A stretch of DNA of 64,000 bases from Patescibacteria group bacterium (GTDB lineage Bacteria > Patescibacteriota > Microgenomatia > UBA12405): the NCBI GenBank assembly GCA_018902845.1, contig JAHIPV010000001.1:12124-76123 (forward strand). The letters are read 5' to 3'. How positions within the stretch are numbered: the first letter of the stretch is position 1; every line of letters starts with the position of its first letter. The notes beneath the pieces are model-generated. The model saw only the letters and a list, made by a program, of their open reading frames with translations, ran no database searches and was not told the origin of the DNA. Positions 29,246-37,736 of the stretch are shown piece by piece. The position numbers were made by a program, and so were the translations under genes.

Positions 29246-30005
29246 TTTCAATTCCAACCGGACAATGATCCGATCCTAATACTTCCGGCATTATAAAAGC
29301 CTTTTTAATCTTATTTTTTAAACTTTTATCAATAAAAAAATAATCTATCCGCCAGCCCACATTTCTCCCCCTAGCCCCACTTCTTTGACTCCACCACGAA
29401 TATTGCCCTGCTTCTTTACAAAACAATCTAAAACTATCCAAGTATCCATTTTTAATTACTTTATCAATCCATTTTCTTTCTATTTCCAAAAAACCGGAAG
29501 TATTTACATTATCTTTTGGTCTAGCCAGATCAATCTCTTTGTGTGCTGTGTTTACATCCCCGCAAAAAATTATCTTTTCTCCATTTTTCCGCAATTCGTT
29601 AATATATTTCAAAAAATGTTCATAAAAATCCAATTTATACTTCAATCTACCCTTATCTCGTTTTCCGTTGGGGAAGTAAACATTAAGTAGCGTAAAATTA
29701 TCAAATTTCGTTACCACCATTCTACCTTCTTTATCATAAAAATCACTATTTTCAGGGTCATTGATAATCATTCTTGGTTCTAATTTAGTGAAAGTAGCTA
29801 CTCCTGAATATCCGGCTTTTTCAGCCTCATTCCAATATGAAAAATAATCATTAGGCGATCCTTCGGCTTGCTCTGCCTTAGCCCTAGTTTCTTGAAAACA
29901 ATATATATCAGCTTTATCCTTTTTTGCAAATTCCCACAATCCCTTTCTCACTGCCGCTCGTATCCCGTTCACATTCCAAGAAATGATACGAATAGTTTTG
30001 GTCAT
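29235..30005 (-). CDS. xth: Exodeoxyribonuclease III
   Basis: SWNVNGIRA, QET, GDVN, WRIDY, SDHCP; start moved to MTKTI. Confidence 0.93.
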   Translation of the reverse strand: MTKTIRIISWNVNGIRAAVRKGLWEFAKKDKADIYCFQETRAKAEQAEGSPNDYFSYWNEAEKAGYSGVATFTKLEPRMIINDPENSDFYDKEGRMVVTKFDNFTLLNVYFPNGKRDKGRLKYKLDFYEHFLKYINELRKNGEKIIFCGDVNTAHKEIDLARPKDNVNTSGFLEIERKWIDKVIKNGYLDSFRLFCKEAGQYSWWSQRSGARGRNVGWRIDYFFIDKSLKNKIKKAFIMPEVLGSDHCPVGIEIRA

Positions 30006-30052
30006 AAATTTATTATAGCCTCTTGCAAGTATAAACTTCATGTTTAAACAAC

Positions 30053-30081
30053 TTGACTAAACATAAAATAATTTTTATAAT
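30053..30081 (+). promoter_or_regulatory. Sigma70 promoter of the vapBC-like operon (leaderless)
   Basis: TTGACT-17-TATAAT, ATG 6 nt after the -10 box. Confidence 0.65.
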
Positions 30082-30087
30082 CAAAAC

Positions 30088-30381
30088 ATGCACACACAAA
30101 CAGTAAAATTACAAAAAATAGGCAATTCTTTTATGGCTACCATCCCCATAGATTTGGTTAGGGCTAGTAAATTATCAATCGGAGACGATCTTGTTTTTAG
30201 TAAAGCCAAAAAATACAGTGATAAGTTATTGGGTTTCAATATCAAAATAAAAAAAGTTCGCAAAAAGAAACCAAAACTCAAAAGCTTTGCACAAGCAAAC
30301 AGCAAGCCAACTCTTTCAATTCCAAATTTTAGTATGAAACAAGTTCTAAAATGGAAACATGAGGCGCGCTATGATCGATAA
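30088..30381 (+). CDS. AbrB/MazE-type antitoxin
   Basis: KLQKIGNS..TIP..L..GDDL. Confidence 0.8.
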   Translation: MHTQTVKLQKIGNSFMATIPIDLVRASKLSIGDDLVFSKAKKYSDKLLGFNIKIKKVRKKKPKLKSFAQANSKPTLSIPNFSMKQVLKWKHEARYDR

Positions 30382-30787
30382 AATTTATCTTGACGCTAGT
30401 TTTTTTGTCGCTCTTCAAATAAAAGAACACATTTTTTATCAGAAAGCTTGGAAGAAAATTAACAAAAGCCAATCTATAAAAATTTATTTTTCCTTATTCA
30501 CCCTAGATGAAGCAATTCATGTTTTAAAAAAATATAAGCTAAGTAAAAGTAAAATTATAAAAATCGTAAAAGATAAGTTAATAAACACAAACAAAAGCAT
30601 ACTTATCTCTTATAAAGATGACAAAAAAACATCGCTAAAATACTTAAATCTGTGGCAAAAATATAATCTAAGACCAATAGATTCGGTTCATCTCTTTTTA
30701 ATGAAACAACACAAAATAAAAACCATTGCCACCTTCGACAATGACTTCATAAAAAACAAAAAACAACTAGGTATCAAAGTTTTATAA
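30371..30787 (+). CDS. PIN-domain (VapC) toxin
   Basis: YLDAS, DE, D.VH, ATFDNDF. Confidence 0.85.
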   Translation: MIDKIYLDASFFVALQIKEHIFYQKAWKKINKSQSIKIYFSLFTLDEAIHVLKKYKLSKSKIIKIVKDKLINTNKSILISYKDDKKTSLKYLNLWQKYNLRPIDSVHLFLMKQHKIKTIATFDNDFIKNKKQLGIKVL

Positions 30788-30836
30788 ACAAAAACCCTGT
30801 CTTCTTCATCCTTTTTCTGTTATAATTTTTCCCAAT

Positions 30837-30908
30837 CCAGCGGTAGCAAAGCGGTTATGCAATGGTCTGTAAAACCATCCTAGGTAGGTTCGACTCCTAC
30901 CCGCTGGA
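30837..30908 (+). tRNA. tRNA-Tyr(GTA), C1-G72/A73, no long variable arm
   Basis: Acceptor CCAGCGG/CCGCTGG-A, anticodon arm ATGGT-CTGTAAA-ACCAT, 5-nt variable loop, T-arm GTAGG-TTCGACT-CCTAC. Confidence 0.92.
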
Positions 30909-30951
30909 CAAAAGTCATTTTTCTCTTTTTTTCTGTATAATTAACTCCACT

Positions 30952-31788
30952 ATGTCTCCTGCCATAATCCCAAAAAAATATTGTCAAATAGGTAAATCTC
31001 GTATCGCTTATATCGAAGCAGGTGACCAAAACTTACCTCATCTTTTGTTTATCCACGCTTGGCCTTCCTCCTCCGATATGTTTATCCCTGTTATTCATAA
31101 GCTTTCAAGAAAATTTAATATTCTTGCTCCGGATTTACCGGGTTTTGGCCGTTCTCAGGGTTTCAAAAAAAAATACACTTACAAATCATTTGTCGTTTTT
31201 ATAAAAAAATTCTTAAAAGCAAAAAACATCGAAAAAACCCACCTTTGTGGCTCTTCTCTTGGTGGTGCAATAGCTTTGGAATTTGCCTATCGCTACCCCA
31301 AAAAAGTAAACAAGTTAATTTTAAACGCCCCGCCTCTTTATCTTTATCCATTTCACAAAAACAAAAGTGAAATAGTTAGTTTCATCAGCAAAAAATTTCC
31401 ATCCTTGACCAATAATTTTTTAAACAAAATCAAAAAAAACAAACTTACTTATGTCTATTTCCTTCTTCGGGATCATTATCAGGGTATCGACAGAAATTTT
31501 ATTAAATACATTTTTGAGGAAGCTGTCAAAAGCAAAAATAAGGCGGTTCTAGATATTCTTAAAGAAATAGTAAACAGGGATTTGCGTCCTCATGTTTCCA
31601 AAATTAAAGCCAAAACATTAATAATTACAGGCAAAGATGATTATCCGGAACTTGTAAAAGATACTATGTACCTAAAAAAACACATTTCAAATTCCAAGTT
31701 ATTTTTGATAAAAAACAGCAACCATCGCTTGTCTGTCTGTAAGTCAGATATTTTCTCTCAAACCATATTCGGCTTCCTCCAAAAATAA
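30952..31788 (+). CDS. Alpha/beta hydrolase
   Basis: HAWP, PDLPGFG, GSSLGG, catalytic D and H; the ORF-track start lies inside the tRNA, so start moved to ATG 30952. Confidence 0.88.
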   Translation: MSPAIIPKKYCQIGKSRIAYIEAGDQNLPHLLFIHAWPSSSDMFIPVIHKLSRKFNILAPDLPGFGRSQGFKKKYTYKSFVVFIKKFLKAKNIEKTHLCGSSLGGAIALEFAYRYPKKVNKLILNAPPLYLYPFHKNKSEIVSFISKKFPSLTNNFLNKIKKNKLTYVYFLLRDHYQGIDRNFIKYIFEEAVKSKNKAVLDILKEIVNRDLRPHVSKIKAKTLIITGKDDYPELVKDTMYLKKHISNSKLFLIKNSNHRLSVCKSDIFSQTIFGFLQK

Positions 31789-31809
31789 TACCTTTGTTAC
31801 AATACTTTT

Positions 31810-32874
31810 GTGTTTCTAAATTCCCTAAATTTACAAAATTTCCGTTCCTACTCATCAAAGTCTGTTGATTTTCTTTCCAATGTCAACCTAATATTTGGCC
31901 CCAACGGTTCGGGGAAAACTAATATTTTAGAAGCCATATTTCTTCTTTCGGGGGCAAATTCATTTCGGGCTTCAAGATTGGCTCAGATGATTTCTTGGCA
32001 AAAAAACTTCGCTTCAATCCAAGGAAAATTAAATAAAAATAATGAAAACAATGACCTGGAAGTCCAATTAATAAAACAAGATGCTAATAGAATTTCCGTA
32101 TCGCATCGTTTTTTGGTTCAAAAAGTTCAAAAAACCAGAAAATTTTTTTTGAGCCATCTTAAAGCCGTTCTCTTTCACCCTGGCGATATTCGTTTAGTTT
32201 CTGGTTCTCCATCTCGTCGTCGTGATTTTATAGACTCTTTTCTCTCTCGTCTAGAGTGGTCCTATGCTTCCGCCTTGTCTCAATATAATAAATCCATCAA
32301 ACACAGAAACGAGTTGTTAGATTTAATTTTTCAAAAACAAGCATCTGTAAACGAATTATTTTTTTGGGATCAATCTTTAATAAAAAATGGCAACATTTTA
32401 TATCAATATCGTAAAAAATTTTTTGAATCTGCCAATAGTTTTTTCAAACAAAACAAAAACATACAAATACAGCAAATATCACTTCAATATTTAACTTCAA
32501 TTATCAGTAAGGAAAAATTAGATTCCAATCTTAATTTTGATATTAAAAACAAAAACACTGGATTTGGTCCGCATCGTGATGATTATCAGTTTGATAATAT
32601 TTCTTTTCCTTCAGAAGACAAAAATTTAGCCAATTGGGGGAGTGGTGGACAGCAAAGATTAGCCGTTTTAGCCTTAAAACTCGCCCAAGTTAATTATATT
32701 GAAAGCAATTACAACCAAACACCTATCCTTCTTCTCGATGACATTTTTTCAGAATTAGACCAAGACCATCGCCATCTGGTTGTAAGTCTTTGCAAAAATC
32801 ATCAGGTCTTTATCACTACCTCCAGTCCTCGAGTCCAAAAACTTTTGCCTAGTGCAAAAGCATTTTATTTATAA
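31810..32874 (+). CDS. recF: DNA replication and repair protein RecF
   Basis: NFRSY, GPNGSGKTN, RRDFID, GPHRDD, SGGQQR, LLLDD. Confidence 0.93.
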   Translation: MFLNSLNLQNFRSYSSKSVDFLSNVNLIFGPNGSGKTNILEAIFLLSGANSFRASRLAQMISWQKNFASIQGKLNKNNENNDLEVQLIKQDANRISVSHRFLVQKVQKTRKFFLSHLKAVLFHPGDIRLVSGSPSRRRDFIDSFLSRLEWSYASALSQYNKSIKHRNELLDLIFQKQASVNELFFWDQSLIKNGNILYQYRKKFFESANSFFKQNKNIQIQQISLQYLTSIISKEKLDSNLNFDIKNKNTGFGPHRDDYQFDNISFPSEDKNLANWGSGGQQRLAVLALKLAQVNYIESNYNQTPILLLDDIFSELDQDHRHLVVSLCKNHQVFITTSSPRVQKLLPSAKAFYL

Positions 32875-33372
32875 TATAATACCTCCACACTTAACTTACT
32901 GTTGCCTAATTGCAAAAAACCTCCAAAAGATTTCCAAATCCGAGGAGTTTTTAATTTGTCTAAAGCAACTAAGTTAAAAGTACCTTAACATCAATCAATG
33001 TGCGTTTTCATTAGTCATGATTGTTAGTATCAGAGGATGAAATCCTGATGATTTTGTTTACAAAATCTATTAGGATATTTTTTCAAAACTTTTTTCAGTT
33101 TATTTAAAACTGAACCCCTTGCAGATTAAAACCTGTCAAGGGTTGATACTAAGAGTTTGATCGTGGCTCAGGGTGAACGCTGGCGACGTGCCTAAGACAT
33201 GCAAGTCGAACGAGATTCGTATTTTACATAAGGAAATTACATAATAATTTTCTTGTGTAGAATACGATGACAGTGGCGAACGGGTGAGTAATAAGTACGA
33301 ACGTACCTCTAAGTGGAGCATAGCCTCGAGAAATCGTGGATAATACTCCATAGTCCTCGTATTTCATACAAG

Positions 33373-33477
33373 GAAATTCAAAGCACTAATATCTAAACTC
33401 AAAACTTTTTTGTTTTGGATTTTGAATATTTAGATTTTAAATTTATTTAGGATTTCGATATTAGAATTTAGGATTTT
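33373..33477 (+). repeat. Heptamer-repeat insertion in the 16S V2 helix
   Basis: ATTTAGG ATTTCGA TATTAGA ATTTAGG period-7 tract closed by stem CCTCGTATTTCAT/ATGGAATGCGAGG. Confidence 0.7.
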
Positions 33478-33532
33478 CTCGCATGGAATGCGAGGTAAAG
33501 ATTTATCGCTTAGAGAGCGGCGTACTCGCTAC

Positions 33533-33565
<33 letters not shown>

Positions 33566-34728
33566 GATGACGGCTACCGGCTCTTAGCGGAGGGTCCGGC
33601 ACAATGGGACTGAGACACGGCCCATACACCTACGGGTGGCAGCAGTTAGGAATATTGCGCAATGGACGAAAGTCTGACGCAGCGACGTCGCGTGTGGGAT
33701 GACGGCCTTCGGGTTGTAAACCACTTTTATTTCGTCATCATGGCGAGATGAATAAACAGCTACTAATTACGTGCCAGCAGTCGCGGTAATACGTAAGCTG
33801 TAAGCGTTACCCGGTTTTATTGGGCGTAAAGGGTCTGTAGGTGGTTTTTTAAGTCCTATTTCAAAGACTCCGACTTAATCGGAGAAAGGGGTAGGATACT
33901 GAAAGACTAGAGTTATATCGGGGTTACTGGAATTTATAGCGTAGGGGTAAAATCCGTGGATACTATAAAGAACACCAAGGGCGAAGGCGGGTAACTAGGT
34001 ATACACTGACACTGAAAGACGAAAGCTAGGGGAGCAAATCAGATTAGAGACCTGAGTAGTCCTAGCTGTAAACGATGTCTGTTAGTTCTACGAGCTTATG
34101 CTTGTGGGATGTAAGCTAACGCGTTAAACAGACCGCCTGGGGAGTATAGCCGCAAGGCCGAAACTCAAACGAATTGGCGGGGAGGCGCACAACCAGTGGA
34201 GCATGTGGTTTAATTCGATACGAAGCGATGAACCTTACCTGGGCTTGAAATCCTGTTTATGTTTTTCCCGAAAAGGAAAAACTCAGTGGCAGGACAGCTG
34301 TTGCATGGCTGTCGTCAGCTCGTGACGTGAGTTGTTCTCTTAAGTGAGGTAACGAGCGCAACCCCTATTCTGTGTTATTTTTTCACAGAAGACTGCTCAG
34401 CATTATTTTTGTTGGGAGGAAGGAGGGGACGACGTCAAGTCAGCATGATGCTTATGTCCAGGGCGACACACATCCTACAATGGGAAGTACAATGAGTTGC
34501 AATACCGCGAGGTGGAGCTAATCTATAAAACTTCCCTCAGTTGGGATTGCAGGCTGAAATTCGCCTGCATGAACTTGGAATTGGTAGTAATCGCAGATCA
34601 GCAGACTGCGGTGAATACGTTCTCGCCTCTTGCACACACAGCCCGTCAAATCAGCAAAGTTGAGGGTGCCCGAAGGACTCCGATCAATCGGAGGACTAAG
34701 GTAAATTCAGCGATGAGGGTTAAGTCGT

Positions 34729-35469
34729 AAATTGTTGCGACTCATGGAAGTAATTCCATGAACAAATCTGGCTGTATCGGGGAAATCTAAGTCCTAGTGT
34801 TAAAATTAGGATATGACAACCGCGAGGGAACCCGACCGTTTTTCTAAAAAACAACCGGGACTCCGTAGAGACTATACGCCAGCGCCTCAAATCAGTAAAT
34901 CTTATTTACTTGGAATTTTGCACGACGCCACAGAAAGAAAAACAACTTTTAGAATTAGTCAAAAAAGTGAAATTTTTGTCAAATTTATTGCCAAAGAAAT
35001 CAAAAGACTTGGTTCTGGAGCTTGGGTCTATAAAGAAGGGAAAAACAGAAATGTCTACGTTGTAGAATTTTCAAAAAGTTTTCTTAAAGGATTCAAGATA
35101 AAAACCAGACAAGACAAAATTGACTACATTCGAGGTTATTTTGATTCTGAGGGAGGTATTGCACATCATCCAAAAGTTCGTTTTTATATTTATTTTTCTC
35201 AAAAAGATATAAATGATCTTAAGGAAGTTAAGCAATGTCTCAAAGAATTAAATATTTCTTGTGGAAAAACGCATAATCCAAGCAAAAAAGTAGATCCTGA
35301 TTATTGGCGATTTTATATTTTAAGCAAATCTTACAAAGATTTTGCTAAAATTATTGGGTCCTTCCACCCAATCAAGAATCGTCTTTTGAGGATGAAGAGA
35401 TAGTCCGTACCCTTGGAAACAAGGGAATCGATTTTATTAGTTTTTTTAATAATTAAGTAAAATCAAATG
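34729..35469 (+). mobile_element. Group I intron after U1498 (E. coli numbering) of 16S rRNA
   Basis: Exon ends in U with P1 AGTCGTAA/TTGCGACT, P3 CTGGC/GCCAG, P7 GACTA(34870)/TAGTC(35401), P9 CCCTTG-GAAA-CAAGGG, terminal G. Confidence 0.92.
34813..35403 (+). CDS. Intron-encoded LAGLIDADG homing endonuclease
   Basis: YLLGILHDA and YIRGYFDSEGG motifs. Confidence 0.88.
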   Translation: MTTAREPDRFSKKQPGLRRDYTPAPQISKSYLLGILHDATERKTTFRISQKSEIFVKFIAKEIKRLGSGAWVYKEGKNRNVYVVEFSKSFLKGFKIKTRQDKIDYIRGYFDSEGGIAHHPKVRFYIYFSQKDINDLKEVKQCLKELNISCGKTHNPSKKVDPDYWRFYILSKSYKDFAKIIGSFHPIKNRLLRMKR

Positions 35470-35585
35470 AACAAGGTATCCGTACTGGAAGGTGCGGATG
35501 GATCACCTCCTTTGAGGTTAACTCAAAATCCCTCTGATACTAACAATTTTGACTAATAGCACATTGATTGATAACAAAAAATTTT

Positions 35586-35617
35586 AAATCCCGATATTTT
35601 ATCGGGATTTTTTGTTT
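35586..35617 (+). terminator. Intrinsic terminator after 16S rRNA
   Basis: AAATCCCGATA-TTT-TATCGGGATTT followed by a T-tract. Confidence 0.8.
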
Positions 35618-35652
35618 GACATTTATACATACGTCAAATATACTATGTATAT

Positions 35653-35937
35653 ATGTCCACTGCAGTAATAAATATCAGAACCAACACTCATCTTAAACAA
35701 GAAGCAAAAAAAATTCTTGAGGAATTTGGTTTAACGCTAACATCGTTCATAAACGCTAAACTAAAAAAACTTGTTCGTAGCAGATCTATAGTTTTTTCCC
35801 TTAACAAAGAAGAAACCCTAACTCCTTGGGCGATTAAACAACTTAAAGAATCAGAAACAGATTACAAAAAAGGTAGAATTTCTCCGTCTTTTACCTCAGC
35901 CAAAGATGCGATAAAATGGCTTGAGCCAGATGAATAA
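35653..35937 (+). CDS. RelB/DinJ family antitoxin
   Basis: INIRT..LKQEA..GLTL; TTGACA-17-TATACT promoter at 35616-35644. Confidence 0.82.
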   Translation: MSTAVINIRTNTHLKQEAKKILEEFGLTLTSFINAKLKKLVRSRSIVFSLNKEETLTPWAIKQLKESETDYKKGRISPSFTSAKDAIKWLEPDE

Positions 35938-36208
35938 ACTTAAACTAAATTTTTCCAAAAAATTTCGCAAAAGTTATCAAAAATCTCCGACAAAAATCAA
36001 AAAACAATTCCAAAAAAGACTTAAAATTTTTGTTAAAAATCCACTTAATCCATCGCTCAAAAACCACCGTCTTACAGGAAAATATAAAGTTTATCGAAGT
36101 ATTAATATAACTGGTGATTGGAGAGCTTTATTTTCAACACAAAACCTCAAAAAAAGTTTAATCATTGAATTTAAATTTTTCGGAACACATAGTCAGCTGT
36201 ATGGATAA
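35930..36208 (+). CDS. RelE/YafQ family mRNA interferase toxin
   Basis: LKNHRLTG, SINITGDWRA, GTHSQLY; start 35921 or 35930. Confidence 0.85.
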   Translation: MNKLKLNFSKKFRKSYQKSPTKIKKQFQKRLKIFVKNPLNPSLKNHRLTGKYKVYRSINITGDWRALFSTQNLKKSLIIEFKFFGTHSQLYG

Positions 36209-36247
36209 TTTCAGAATGAATTTGTAATATAATTCGACTAAATAAGT

Positions 36248-36982
36248 ATGAATAAAAAAATCTCACCATTTCTAACCAAATTAAAAATAGATCCAAAAGA
36301 ACTTCCTAAGCATATCGGCATAATTATGGATGGCAATCGCCGTTGGGCTAAAGCCAGAGGGTTAAATGCCATAGACGGCCATACTGCCGGAGCTAAAAAT
36401 TTAGAAGCAATCATCGAGCATTGCGGAAAAATAGGTATCAAGCATTTAACTATTTATGCCTTGTCTACCGAAAATTGGCGCAAGAGATCAAAAGAAGAGG
36501 TCAAGGGTATTTTTAATCTACTCCTAGAAATTTTTAAAAGATGGAAAAAAGATTATAAAACTAAAGGTGTCAAATTTTTTGTTTTAGGTAACTTTCAGGC
36601 TCTCCCTCTTAGAGTACGTGACGCTATCAAAAACACGCTAAAAATAGTTTTAGACAAAGAAAGAATTAAGTTTAATGTAGCTCTCAACTATGGTGGCAGA
36701 GATGAAATAGTCATGGCTATAAAAAATATCATTAAAGATGGTGTCCCTGCCAGCAAAGTTAACGAAAAACTGGTTTCAAATTATCTTTATACCAAAGGAC
36801 AACCAGATCCGGACATGATTATTCGACCAGGTGGAGAATTTAGACTTTCAAATTTTTTACTTTGGCAAATGTCATATGCTGAACTCTATTTTACCGATGT
36901 TCTTTGGCCCGATTTCGGACCTAAAAAACTAGAAAAAGCTATTTACTGGTATCAGCAAAGAGACAGAAGAAAAGGAAAGTAA
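36248..36982 (+). CDS. uppS: Undecaprenyl diphosphate synthase
   Basis: IIMDGNRRWA, STENW, NYGGRDE, RLSNFLLWQ. Confidence 0.95.
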   Translation: MNKKISPFLTKLKIDPKELPKHIGIIMDGNRRWAKARGLNAIDGHTAGAKNLEAIIEHCGKIGIKHLTIYALSTENWRKRSKEEVKGIFNLLLEIFKRWKKDYKTKGVKFFVLGNFQALPLRVRDAIKNTLKIVLDKERIKFNVALNYGGRDEIVMAIKNIIKDGVPASKVNEKLVSNYLYTKGQPDPDMIIRPGGEFRLSNFLLWQMSYAELYFTDVLWPDFGPKKLEKAIYWYQQRDRRKGK

Positions 36983-36984
36983 AA

Positions 36985-37275
36985 TCACAACACGCTTACT
37001 CCAAACATTGTTTCTACTACTTGCATAATTATATAACTCAAAAATATCAACAAAAACCCAACTACACCTGCTGTAATTTTCCCGTATCCTGCTTTAGTTC
37101 TAGCCGGATCGCCGGCCGCAGTCATCAGTTGTATTCCACCAGCAATCAACATCACAAACATTGACAATCCTGCTATAACGTAAACATACGGCAAGGCATC
37201 GCTAATTACATCACCCAGATCTCGGTTTGAAAATTTAAAAGCAGTACCTTGATAGCCTGGTAATGTTACTGCCAT
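36985..37275 (-). CDS. CPR-type pilin (TrbC/VirB2-like)
   Basis: AGGIQLMTAAGD..AKAG..ITAGVVG; start MAVTL. Confidence 0.75.
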   Translation of the reverse strand: MAVTLPGYQGTAFKFSNRDLGDVISDALPYVYVIAGLSMFVMLIAGGIQLMTAAGDPARTKAGYGKITAGVVGFLLIFLSYIIMQVVETMFGVSVL

Positions 37276-37277
37276 AC

Positions 37278-37700
37278 TTAGTTTAATCCTGGAATTTTTA
37301 ATATATCGACCGCAATTAACTTTAGTATAAACAAAGCAAAAATCGACAGCAATAAGCCGGTTACTGCCGATGTTAAAGTTTCCTTTGCCCCTTGGACTTT
37401 TTTTGGATCTCCGCCGGATGTAGCTAACAAGATAAAACTGTATACCATCAACAAAAAAGAAATTCCACCTATAATACCAAACAAATATGGCAAAAGCCAA
37501 GCAACTAATCCATCAATTTGTACCGGTATGCATCCAAGGGCAGTATTAACTTGTGGATCAGTGCTGTCAGCTCCGTGTCCCGTCGAATCACAAAACTCCT
37601 TGTCTTGAGCAAGCACTTTTTGTGGTAAAAATTTATTTAAAGTTACTCCTACCAACAAAAATCCCACCAGAAATACCAAAAAACTTTGCCACAATTTCAT
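37278..37700 (-). CDS. CPR-type pilin (TrbC/VirB2-like)
   Basis: Signal peptide, TALGCIP, TSGGDPKKVQGAKETLTSAVTG. Confidence 0.8.
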   Translation of the reverse strand: MKLWQSFLVFLVGFLLVGVTLNKFLPQKVLAQDKEFCDSTGHGADSTDPQVNTALGCIPVQIDGLVAWLLPYLFGIIGGISFLLMVYSFILLATSGGDPKKVQGAKETLTSAVTGLLLSIFALFILKLIAVDILKIPGLN

Positions 37701-37736
37701 AAATTTAAGTATAACACAAAATGCTAGAATGAATTT

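Noticed and set aside
30862-30951. N-terminal extension of the alpha/beta hydrolase
   Set aside because: It starts inside tRNA-Tyr; TATAAT plus ATG 30952 is the better start
37276-37500. 5' extension of ORF 36985..37500
   Set aside because: It overlaps the upstream pilin in another frame; pilin similarity begins after ATG 37275
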